Positions 16,416-32,104 of a stretch of DNA of 64,000 nucleotides are shown here, in pieces. Source of the stretch: the human T2T-CHM13v2.0 reference genome, Homo sapiens. Position numbers and translations under genes: made by a program. Below the pieces are notes generated by a model, which made no database searches, was not told the DNA's origin, and saw only the letters and a list, made by a program, of their open reading frames with translations. Location: assembly GCF_009914755.1 (NCBI RefSeq), contig NC_060937.1; one strand, given 5' to 3'. Each line of letters starts with the position of its first letter. Within the stretch, counting starts at the first letter, position 1.

Positions 16416-18853
16416 GCGCCAGGCCTAATCTTTAATTTCAATGCAATTACCATTTTTTCTTGTTTTCAAAACTTAACAAAATTATTCTAATGTTTATATG
16501 TGAGAAGAGCCAGGAAATACCAAAAAAGAATTCTAGAAAAGAAGAGTGATGGCTATGAAGAGACAGAGTAGGAGCAATTTACTAATCCATCATAGTGATT
16601 TCAAGAGTTGAGTATTGACTGCTGCCTTCTAAGAACTTAAAAGGCCCTCTCCCCTCTCCCGTCTCCCGTCTCCCCTCTCCCCTCTCCCCTCTCCCCTCTC
16701 CCCTCTCCCCTCTCCCCTCTCCCCTCTCCCCTCTCCCCTCTCCCCTCTCCCCTCTCCCCTCTCCCCTCTCCCCTCTCCCCTCTCCCCACGGTCTCCCTCT
16801 CATGCGGAGCCGGAGCTGGACTGTACTGCTGCCATCTCGGCTCACTGCAACCTCCCTGCCTGATTCTCCTGCCTCAGTCTGCCGAATGCCTGCGATTGCA
16901 GGCACGCGCCGCCACGCCTGACTGGTTTTGGTGGAGACGGGGTTTCGCTGTGTTGGCCGGGCCGGTCTCCAGCCCCTAACCGCGAGTGATCCGCCAACCT
17001 CGGCCTCCCGAGGTGCCGGGATTGCAGACGGAGTCTCGTTCACTCAGTGCTCAATGGTGCCCAGGCTGGAGTGCAGTGGCGTGATCTCGGCTCACTACAA
17101 CCTACACCTCCCAGCCGCCTGCCTTGGCCTCCCAAAGTGCCGAGATTGCAGCCTCTGCCCGGCCGCCACCCCGTCTGGGAAGTGAGGAGTGTCTCTGCCT
17201 GGCCGCCCATCGTCTGGGATGTGAGGAGCCCCTCTGCCTGGCTGCCCAGTCTGGAAAGTGAGGAGCGTCTCCGCCCGGCCGCCATCCCATCTAGGAAGTG
17301 AGGAGCGCCTCTTCCCAGCCGCCATCACATCTAGGAAGTGAGGAGCGTCTCTGCCCGGCCGCCCATCGTCTGAGATGTGGGGAGCGCCTCTGCCCCGCCG
17401 CCCCATCTGGGATGTGAGGAGCGCCTCTGCCCGGCCGAGACCCCGTCTGGGAGGTGAGGAGCGTCTCTGCCCGGCCGCCCCGTCTGAGAAGTGAGGAGAC
17501 CCTCTGCCTGGCAACCACCCCGTCTGAGAAGTGAGGAGCCCCTCCGCCCGGCAGCTGCCCCGTCTGAGAAGTGAGGAGCCTCTCCGCCCGGCAGCCACCC
17601 CATCTGGGAAGTGAGGAGCGTCTCCGCCCGGCAGCCACCCCGTCCGGAAGGGAGGTGGGGGGGGTCAGCCCCCCGCCCGGCCAGCCGCCCCATCTGGGAG
17701 GGAGGTGGGGGGTCAGCCCCCCCGCCCGGCCAGCCGTGCCGTCCGGGAGGGAGGTGGGGGGGTCAGCCCCCCGCCCGGCCAGCCGCCCCGTCCGGGAGGT
17801 GAGGGGCGCCTCTGCCCGGCCGCCCCTACTGGGAAGTGAGGAGCCCCTCAGCCCGGCCAGCCACCCCGTCCGGGAGGGAGATGGGGGGGTCAGCCCCCCC
17901 ACCCGGCCAGCCGCCCCGTCCGGGAGGGAGGTGGGGGGGTCAGCCCCCCGCCTGGCCAGCCGCCCCATCCAGGAGGGAGGTGGGGGGGTCAGCCCTCCGC
18001 CCGGCCAGCCGCCCCGTCTGGGAGGTGAGGGGCGCCTCTGCCCAGCCGCCCCTACTGGGAAGTGAGGAGCCCCTCTGCCCGGCCAGCCGCCCCGTCCGGG
18101 AGGGAGGTGGGGGGGTCGGCCCCCCGACCGGCCAGCCGCCCCATCCGGGAGGGAGGTGGGGGTGTCAGCCCCCCGCCCGGCCAGCCGCCCCATCCGGGAG
18201 GGAGGTGGGGGGGTCAGCCCCCCGCCCGGCCAGCCGCCCCGTCCGGGAGGTGAGGGGCGCCTCTGCCCGGCCGCCCCTACTGGGAAGTGAGGAGCCCCTC
18301 TGCCCAGCCACCACCCCGTCTGGGAGGTGTGCCCAGCAGCTCATTGAGAACGGGCCAGGATGACAATGGCGGCTTTGTGGAATGGAAAGGCAGGAGAGGA
18401 GGGGAGAGGATTGAGAAATCGGATGGTTGCGGTGTCTGTGTAGATAGAAGTAGACATGGGAGACTTTTCATTTTGTTCTGCACTAAGAAAAATTCCTCTG
18501 CCTTGGGATCCTGTTGATCTGTGACCTTACCCCCAACCCTGTGCTCTCTGAAACATGTGCTGTGTCCACTCAGGGTTAAATGGATTAAGGGCGGTGCAAG
18601 ATGTGCTTTGTTAAACAGATGCTTGAAGGCAGCATGCTCGTTAAGAGTCATCACCAATCCCTAATCTCAAGTAATCAGGGACACAAACATTGCGGAAGGC
18701 CGCAGGGTCCTCTGCCTAGGAAAACCAGAGACCTTTGTTCACTTGTTTATCTGCTGACCTTCCCTCCACTATTGTCCCATGACCCTGCCAAATCCCCCTC
18801 TGTGAGAAACACCCAAGAATTATCAATAAAAAAATAAATTAAAAAAAAAAAAA
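16416..18853 (+). mobile_element. Young SVA retrotransposon (SVA_F/E-like) with 5' transduction
   Basis: CT-rich head 16645-16786, Alu-like domain to ~17150, GC-rich VNTR ~17150-18330, SINE-R ~18330-18830, AATAAA and poly(A). TSD aaatgactagtc at 16404-16415 and 18854-18865. Confidence 0.95.
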
Positions 18854-18963
18854 AAATGACTAGTCAATGTCAGAATGTTAAGACCTGATCCACGGTGGTT
18901 CATGCCTGTAATCCCAGCACTTTGGGAGGCCAAAGCTGGTGATCACTTGAGGCCAAGAGTTCA

Positions 18964-19221
<258 letters not shown>

Positions 19222-19997
19222 TCAGGGGACATCTCTGAAGAGTCATCCCAGCTTTAGAACTCCCCACAGGGTTGGCTGAGGGCTGGTTGTGACTACACTG
19301 CAGCCCACTTTCTCTTTCTGCCAGTTTTGCTTCCATCCTTTTCCTCCACAGGTCCCAAGAGCATCTACCATTGAAAAGGCATTAAATAACCAAGTGGAAT
19401 GACTCAGCCAGTTGATGTCAGCCAGCTTTTTCATCAGTCACCCTAGTCCTGGCACAATGGATTCATAGAGGAGACATGGAAGCAAAGGAGGCTATCCATG
19501 GGCCCAACTGCATGATGTCCCACTTACCATTGTTAATCTAGCTACTGTCACAGCCAAATAATCACCCTGACACCAACAGAAACTGTTGCTGAAACTCAGT
19601 ACAACAATATCCCTTGAAGATACCAACCAGCCACTTGATGGCAAGTTGACCCTATTGAACTCTTTCCATAATGAAAGGAGCAGCCATTCATTTTCACAGG
19701 AATAGGCAGGTATTCTGTGTATGGGTTTGCCTTTCCTGCCTGCAGTCTCATCAAACATGACCATCCAAGGGCTTAGCTGCATTTAATCCACCAAGGTGGC
19801 ATTCCACATATCATTGCAGCAGACCAAGGGACCAGCTTTACAACAAAGGACATATAGCATTGGTCACATGACCATGGAATCCACTGGACCTATCATATGG
19901 CACACCACCCAAGCTACTGGCCTAATAAGCAATGGAACAGCCTGTTGAAAGCTTGGCTAAAGTGCCAGCTTGGAAATGATACCCTGTGAGGATAAAG

Positions 19998-20640
19998 CTT
20001 GGAATGCTTTTATACTGTTGGTGGGAGTGTAAGTTAGTTTGACCACTGTGGAAGACAGTGTGGTGATTCCTCAAAGATCTAGAACCAGAAATACCATTTG
20101 ACCCAGCAATCCCATTACTGGGTATATACCCAAAAGATTATAAATCATTCTACTGTAAAGACACATGCACACGTATGTTTACTGCAGCACTATTTACAAT
20201 AGCAAGGACTTGGAACCAACCCAAATGTCCATCAATGATAGACTGGATAAAGAAAATGTGGCACATACACACCATGGAATACTATGCAGCCATAAAAAAG
20301 CATGGGATCATGTCCTTTGCAGGGTCATGGATGAAACTGGAAGCCATCATTCTCAGCAAACTAGCACAGGAACAGAAAACCAAATATCACAGTTCTCACT
20401 CATAAGTGGGAGTCGAACAATGAGAACACATGGACACAGGGAGGGGAACATCACACACCAGGGCCTGTCGGGGGGTGGGGGGCAAGGGGAGGGAGAGCAT
20501 TAGGACAAATACCTAATACATGTGGGGCTTAAAACCTAGATGACAGGTTGATGGCTGCAGCAAACCACCATGGCACATGTTTACCTATGTCACAAACCTG
20601 CACATTCTGCACATGTATTCCAGAACTTAAAATTTAAAAA
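19998..20640 (+). mobile_element. 5'-truncated L1PA 3' end
   Basis: ORF2 C-terminal text (MFTAALFTIARTWNQPKCPSMIDWIKKMWHIHTMEYYAAIKK), G-rich 3'UTR and A-rich tail. Confidence 0.9.
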
Positions 20641-21417
20641 AAATTTTTTTTAAAAAGCACTACCCTCCAGGATGCAGTAATGCCTGAAGTCAGTCACCAT
20701 TATATAGTGCAGTATCCTCAAGAGAATACCTGGGAGATGAATCCATGGTGTGGGAGCAGCAGTGTCCCCACTTGCTATCAGTCCCAGTGACCCACTTAAA
20801 GAATTTATGTTTTCATCCTCACAAATGTAGCCCACAGGGTTGAAGGTCTTGGTTTCCAACAGGGAAACATTTCCACCAGGGAACACAGCAAGAGTCTTCA
20901 TTGAACTTTAAGCTACCTCATCATGCAGGCACTTTGGGCCTTTCATGCCAAGGGCCAGCAGGCAAGGAAAGGATCCCAGTTGGGGTGATTGACTCTTATC
21001 ATCAAGAAGCAGTCCAGCTGTTGTTACACAATGGAGGCAGGAAGCATATGTTTGATACCCAGATCATTGACTTGGACATCTGTTAGTACCAGCTTGGCCA
21101 ATTTTGATGGCAAATGGACAAGTGCAGCAGCTACACCCTGAGAAGGTACGGCAAATGGGACAGAATGCCTCAGTTTTGAGAGTCTGAGTCACCTCACTAG
21201 AAAAGTCACCTAAACCTTCACAGGGACTTGTCGAGCAGAGGGTGGGGGGATGAATATCAGCTATAGCCTCAAGACCAGCTGCAGCTGCAGGGAGGCTGTA
21301 GTTCATCCTACCAACCCTCCTTTTACAAGTCATCCCCAGGAAGAGAGGCCCACCAGTGTCCCAAAGGAGCCACTCCCAGAATTCTTGTAAAGAAAGTAGA
21401 TCTGAGTGACACTTGCT

Positions 21418-21820
21418 GTATTAGGCTGTTCTCACATTGCTATAAAGAAATATCTGAGACTTGCTAATTTATAAAGAAAAGAGGTTTTGTTGGTTCACGG
21501 TTCTGCAGGCTTTACAGGAAGCATAGCGCTGTTTTTCCGTTATGGTGGAAGGTGAAGGGGAAACAGGCAAGTCACATGGTGAAAGCAGGAGGAAGTGAAG
21601 GGAATGGGGTAGATGCCACACACTTTTAAAACTGCCAGATCTCATGTGAACTCAGAGCAAGAGCTCACTTATCACCAAGAGGATGGCGCAAGCCATTCAT
21701 GAAGGACCCACCGCACCCTCCCCCGTGATCCCAACACCTCTCACCAGGCTCCACCTTCCAACATTGGGGATTACATTTCAACCTGAGATTTGGGTGGGGA
21801 CAAATATCCCTATGCTATCA
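21418..21820. mobile_element. MST (MaLR) solo LTR
   Basis: tgtattaggctgttctcacattgctataaagaaata...ttacatttcaacctgagatttgggtggggaca...tatca: MSTA/B-type text. Confidence 0.8.
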
Positions 21821-23630
21821 CGTGCTGTGGACTGCCTTGCCTGGGTTGTAGCTGTCATCCCTCTGGGGATGGCTTCAGCTGAAGAGAGCTGCCTCAGCGT
21901 AAGGCCTGTGCCGAACAGCTAGTGTACGGCGACTGAGTGATGCCCAATCCTATTTCCTTTTGTTCAATGGGTGTTGATTAGAGTGCCCCCTCGTAAACTT
22001 CCTATGTGCTAATCTCCATCTCACAGTTGGCTTCCGGGGAACATCTTATCTGTGACAGTCTGTCCAGTGTAGATTACAGTTTGCAGAAGACAGCAAACAA
22101 GCAAAGTAGATTTGTGATTTGTACACTGAAGGAAATGAACAAGATGCAATGATAGCAGATAACAGGGAGGTGTACCTGGAAGAGGTGACACTTAAGCCAA
22201 GAACTATAAACAGATAGATGCCAGCCATGTGAAAAGCAGGTAGGAGAGTGTGTCCCAGAAAGAGAAACAGTTCTGATAAAAGCCGATCGCAAAGAGTCAG
22301 GCATGTTTAAGTACCACCCAGAGCTTTGTAATCTTTTTAAAAGTTTTTCTGTGGCCAGGCGCGGTGGCTCACACCTGTAATCCCAGCGCCTTGGGAGGTC
22401 AAGGCGAGTAGATCACCTGAGGTCAGGAGTTTGAGACCAACATGGCAAAACCCTGTCTCTACTAAAAATTTAAAAATTAGCCGGGCATGATGGCGCATGC
22501 CTGTAATTCCAGCTACTCAGAAGTCTGAGGCACGAGAATCGCCTGAACCTGGGAGGTGGAGGTTGGAGTGAGCCGAGATCACGCAACTGCACTCCAGTGG
22601 TGTGAACACATCTCACTGCCGCTTTGACCTCCCCAGGTTCAGGCGATCTCCCACCTCAGCCTCCCAAGTAACTGGGACTACAGGCATATGCCACCATGCC
22701 CCACTAGTTTTTTTTGTAGAGACGGTTTCACCATATTGTCCAGGTTGGTCTCAAACTTCTGGGCTCAAGCAATCCATCCACCCTGGCCTCCCAAAGTGCT
22801 AGGATTACAGATGTGAGCCACCATGCATAGCCTAAAAGATTTTATTTCAAATGCAATGGAAAGCCTTCAAAAGGTTTTAAGACAAGAGAGTAACATGCTA
22901 TGATTTACATTTTTAAAAAATTCTGTCTGGATACTGTGTGGAAAACAGATTGGATGGGGGGAACCATTAAGAAGGTTATTTGCAGGGTGGGGTGTGGTGG
23001 TTCACACCTGTAATCCCAGCACTTTCGGAGGCCAAGGTGGGTGGATCACGAGATCAGGAGATCGAGACCATCCTGACCAACATGGTGAAACCCTGTCTCT
23101 ACTAAAAATACAAAAATCAGCCAGGCGTGGTTGTGTGTGCCTATAGTCCCAGCTATTCAGGAGGCTGAGGCAGGAGGCTCACTTGAATCCAGGAGGTGGA
23201 GGTTGCAGTGAGCCAAGATTGTGCCACTGCACTCCAGCCTGGGCGACAGAGCAGGACTCCATCTCGAAAAAGAAATAGAAATTAAAATAAAATAAAAATG
23301 TTATTGCAGTATCAAGGAAAGATGCCCACCCAAAGTCTGTCCCTTCGCACTAAACCATAGTCCAAATGCCCAAGACCTTGGAATTCCATGCCCAGACAAC
23401 TCCAACCCACTTCCAAGATTTGCATGGGCCTCTTCCCTAGGTCCTTCTCCTCAACAGCAGACTCCACACACCTAGAGCCATGGGGTGGCCTGTCTGTTTG
23501 TGGGGAATGTGGACAGAGTTTGGAAGAGAAGTATCCACAAGCATGTGGGTGAAGCCCCTTGCAGTGCCAGATGAAGCCAAGATTGGAATGGAGGGAGATG
23601 AGGTGAGGGGAAAGGGGCCAGGGTGGTAAT

Positions 23631-24914
<1,284 letters not shown>

Positions 24915-25012
24915 GTAATCACTCCCTACACTGCCAAGTTCCAATATGGAACCCCTAGGATTTCTAAATTCAAGGTATGGCCATCCAAGTCACTAAAAAG
25001 CTGTATCTGTCA

Positions 25013-25350
<338 letters not shown>

Positions 25351-25622
25351 TTAACAAGTTATTCGCTTGATTTCTGACTTAAAAATTTTTAGACATATGG
25401 TATCCCCCATTTGTAATTTTGCACTGGGTGCTACGGATGTTCAGGATAGCCCCGAAAGTCACGTCATCTATAAAGAAACAACAAGAGACCGAAAGCTGGT
25501 TTCTTATTTCAAACAGTAGATAATGCACAGAGGATAATGCAGTATCTTCAAAATGAAAGGGAAAATTTCTGTCGGTTTAGAATTCCCTGTCTAGTTAAAC
25601 TGGTATTCAAAAGTGAGGATAA

Positions 25623-26051
<429 letters not shown>

Positions 26052-26580
26052 TGAGGCTTAATGATGAGCAAAGAAATTACTGATTTTTAGAGGATAAGCA
26101 CAGAGTGGAACTAGACTAGTACCTAGCAATCAAGTGAAAGGTGAGAGGCAAGATTCACAGTTAAAACAGTCTAAGATCTTTATGATGTAAGGTATACAAT
26201 TTAAACTTTTTCAGCTATAACTTTTTAGTTTTTTTTTATCTCAGAAAAAAATATGGAATGCTTCAAGAATTTTTTATTTTTTTGTGTGTGGAGATGACGG
26301 GGTCTCACTATGTTCACCAGGCTGGTCTTGAACTGCTGGCCTCAAGCAATCCTTCTGCCTTGGCCTCCCAAAGTGCTAGGACTACAGATGTGAGCCACCT
26401 TACTGGGTCTCAGCTATAAATTTTAATATTTTTAAAGTAACTATGTTAAGCAAATATGCAAAAAGAAAGAAAAAAAGTGAATAGTTAGGATGAAAGACCC
26501 CCTCCCCCAGAAAAGCAAAACAAGTTTAGTTGTTAGTACATATAAAATAGTCCTCATTTCAATATGAGAAAAGGCACTGA

Positions 26581-26706
<126 letters not shown>

Positions 26707-27468
26707 TAGCTGGGACTACAGGCGCCCGCCACCATGCCCGGCTAATTTTTTGTACTTTTAGTAGAGACGGGGGTTCACCATGTTAGCCAGGATGGTCTTG
26801 ATCCCCTGACCTCCTGAACTGCCCGCCTCGGACTCCCAAAGTGCTGGGATTACAGGTGTGAGCCACTGCACCAGGCCTACTAATTTATTTTTTGTAAAAC
26901 TCCTCTAACCCAAACCACTGGCTATAAAATACTACCACCTCTGCCATCATTGTCCCCCAAATACAAGTTATTTTTCATCTGTGAAGGAAGCTTTATGAGA
27001 GCTATTGCACTTTATTCTTATAAAACTCCATGAAAGATAGACATTAAAATGTTTGCAGAAATCTCATAAACTTGGCTTTTAAATGAATGAGTCAGTCATC
27101 AACAGCTGTTTGCACAAAACTTTACTCTTTTCTCTGAGCAATACAAAGAAAACAGGACAGTCCCTCCCATGAAGGAGCTTAAAATCTGATTTGGCAGACG
27201 CAAGCTGTATAAACTCACCTGGAAATAAAACCTGGGATAGAAGACAGCAAATAGTAAAAGGCTGCAATTGGTATAACCCTTACATATCTTGGAAGGCTTT
27301 GACTCAATACATGAAATTTGAGCTTTAAGAGAGGTAGAATTTCGTTAGAGAAAACTGGGGACTGGCATAAGCATAAAGCACTAAAACAGAGAAAGGTGTT
27401 AGAGCCAAGACAGAAGATATTTTCAAAAAAGAAGGGTAGCTGGGTGTGGTGGCACATTTCTGTAGTCT

Positions 27469-28502
<1,034 letters not shown>

Positions 28503-29069
28503 GCCCGAGCTACTCAGGAGGCTGAGGCTTCACTTGAGTCCAGGAATTCGGGCTGTAGTGCACTATCATGGTGGCTGTGAATAGCTGCTGTACTCCAGCC
28601 TGGGCAATGTAGCAGACCCAGTCTTTAATTTAAAAAAAAAAAAAAAAAGGACATATCCTAATCTGTCATGGGAGTAGAGTTAAAAAAAAAAGGGGGGGGG
28701 TAAATCATTATGTGAAATACTGAGAGAAATCATTTAATGAATCATAATATGGACTGAAGTAAACACAAGGATGAAATAATTGAAAATACTGTTTTCAATA
28801 TGACACCAACTTCAGTATTTTATCTCATTTCCCTTCTTGTATATGCCATTAAATTTTCAAAAAATGTAGCAAATATAAATACAAGATGTTGACTTTCTGT
28901 GAGTTACATATATGAATAGCTTACAGTTTTACTGCTTCTACATACAACTTTATTTCCTAGACTTTCTCTAGCTTAAAAAAATCCTGCAGACAAGATCACC
29001 ATTATATTGCTTGTGTTTTAAGTTCAGGGCTGTAGGCTTCTGGTTTGTAATACTGAGAGAAACGCTATT

Positions 29070-30097
29070 AATAGTATTCCTAAAGGCATAAAGCTTTCCT
29101 CCAAACCATGACTCTCGGACCAAGGCTCCTTTCATTTTGTGGCCCTGCCATCTTCAACAAGTGGCTTCCAGGGTCTTTGCAGAAGGGGAAAGAACAAGGA
29201 GGACCACCGTGGGAGAGCTGCGTGTGAGCTTAGCCTGGAAATAGCACGCTTCTCTTCCTTTTGTTACAGTAGGTAGTAGGCAGACATGAGCAGGGCAGGA
29301 AAGCACCCCCCTACCACAACCAGGAATGTCAGGAAACCATCAGGTAATGGTCAGGCGGTTGTTAACTGTCTCTCTAAAATAATAATTGGTTGCAGCCAGC
29401 GCCAGAGAAAGGCAGGCTCTCAATAAATAGAAAACACCCGAAACTGGTGATCAGCAGCTTCCTGGTAAGATCTCAGGAGTTGGGTGAGTGGGCTCAAGCA
29501 TGAAAACTAAGGCAAAATGGCAGAGTTTAACCAGTATATGACCTTCCTCTAGAACACTCAACTGGTAAGGGAAAAACGCCTCAAGTGAGCATGTGCACAG
29601 CTTCAGTAAACACACTGCACATGCGGCTCCTCCCAAGTGCTGGCAGGCCAGTGCGAATGCAGACAGCCCACCCCAAAGGAAGAACTGGGAGAAGAGATGT
29701 TACCCACTGGAAGCATGCCAGTGTATAAAGCCCCGAGTCAAAGGTCAAACTGTACACTTGAATCTTTCACGTTACCTGCTTGGCCCTCTTCCAAGTGTAC
29801 TTTTTTAAAATTCCTGCTCTAAAACTTTTTAAAGACTTTCACTCCTGCTCTAAAACTTGCCTCAGTCTCTCCCTCTGCCTTATGCCCCTCAGTCAAGTTC
29901 TTTCTTCTGAGGTGGCAAGAATTGAGGCTGCTGCAGACCTGTACAGATTCACTGCTGCTAACACTTTCACATTCCACTGATCAGGACTCAGTTGCATGGC
30001 CACAGCTAACTTAAGTGAAGATGGAAAATGTGGTTTAACTGTTTGCTCAGGAAGAAAAAGAAACAGTTTAGTAAACAGTTGGCCAGTCTCTGCCATA
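29070..30097. mobile_element. Old MLT1 (MaLR) LTR split by MER50
   Basis: MLT1J/K-like text (ggaccaaggctcctttcattttgtggccctgccatcttcaac; cacattccactgatcaggactcagttgcatggccacagctaac) on both sides of MER50. Confidence 0.6.
29262..29963 (+). mobile_element. MER50 (ERV1) solo LTR
   Basis: tgttacagtaggtagtaggcagacatgagcagggcagg...ctgctgctaaca; 4-bp TSD cttt (29258-29261 / 29964-29967). Confidence 0.8.
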
Positions 30098-31147
30098 CAT
30101 ACGTTTTTCCCATTTAATCCTAACAACCCTATAAGATATGTGCAGTAACTTATCCCACTTTATGGATGAGGAAATTGAAATCTTTTTTACGTGTACAAAT
30201 TTATGGGGTACATGTGAAATTTAGTTACATGTATATAACGTGGACTAATCAAGTCTCGTTTTTTTTGTTTTGCATTTTTTTTTGTTTGTTTTTTCTTTTT
30301 TTTGAGACAGGGTCTTGCTCATGGCTCATTGCAGCCTTGACCTCCCAGGCTTCAGCAATCCTCCTATCTCAGCTTCCCTGGTAGCTAGGACTATAAGTGC
30401 ATGCCACTGTGCCTGGCTAATTTTTTTATTTTTTGTAAAGACGGAGTTTCACCATGTTGCATAGGCTGGTCTCTAACTCCTAAACTCAAACCATCTGCCC
30501 ACCTGGGTCTCCCAAAGTGCTGAGATTACAGGTGTGAGCCACCATGCCTGGAAAGAAACTGAAATTTTGATAGGCTGAGTACCATACCTAATACCTCACA
30601 GTTAATAAATGGCAGAACTCAAACTCAAACCTAGGCAGTCCAACTCCAGAAACCATATTCTTTAAAAAGCTACTGTAACATGACTGATATTCCTTTTACT
30701 GAAGAAGAATATTTAAGCCTTTTTTAATTGTAAGAGGGGTATGATAATTATGGAACTTTAAGTAAATACAAACCCATCATTTTGGAGAAGATGATACTGA
30801 GATTTAGAGGCGGAATGTTCTACTGAAGGTTAAATCATTGCTGCCTATGTACCATACGATGTAAAGTAACATTTTTTTAAAGAGAATGCAATCTTGGCCG
30901 AGCGCAGTGGGCCTGTAATCCCAGCACTTTGAGAGGCCGAGGTGGGCGGACCACTTGAGGTCAGGAGTTCAAGACCAGCCTGGCCAATATGGTGAAACCC
31001 CGTCTCTACTAAAAATACAAAAATTAGGCCAGGCACGGTGGCTCACACCTGTAATCCCAGCACTTTGGAAGGTCAAGGCGGGTGGATCACCTGAGGTCAG
31101 GAGTTCAAGACCAGCCTGGCCAACATGGAGAAACCCCGTCTCTACTA

Positions 31148-31312
<165 letters not shown>

Positions 31313-31714
31313 TCAAAAAAAAAAATTAGCCAGGCATGGTGGTGGGCGCCTGTAATCCCAGCTATTCGGGAGGCTGAGACAGGAAAATCACTTGAAACCA
31401 GGAGGTAGAGGCTTCAGTGAGCCAAGATCACACCACTGCACTCCAGCCTGGGGGACAGAGCAAGACTCTGTCTCAAAAATAAAAATAAAAATAAAAAAAA
31501 GAAAATACAATCTTCACAACTTAATAACTTATGTTATTCTTTCTAAAAATTAATTTCCTAAACCATGTAGTTTAATGTGATTTAATGTAGTTAAATACTA
31601 GCATTAAAACTTGTTTCTTGAAGGGCGCAGTGGCTCACACCTGTAATCCCAGCATTTTGGGAGGCTGAGGAGGGCAGATCGCCTGAAGTCAGGAGTTCGA
31701 GACCAGCCTGGCTA

Positions 31715-32104
<390 letters not shown>

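Noticed and set aside
17150-18330. Repeat array superficially like a CRISPR or novel tandem system
   Set aside because: Standard SVA GC-rich VNTR without unique spacers; eukaryotic DNA.
16582-18657. Many long ORFs up to 300 aa
   Set aside because: Translations of the SVA CT repeat, VNTR and SINE-R; no evidence of a protein-coding gene.
20175-20405. ORF resembling a protein domain
   Set aside because: C-terminal fragment of L1 ORF2 in a 5'-truncated L1PA.
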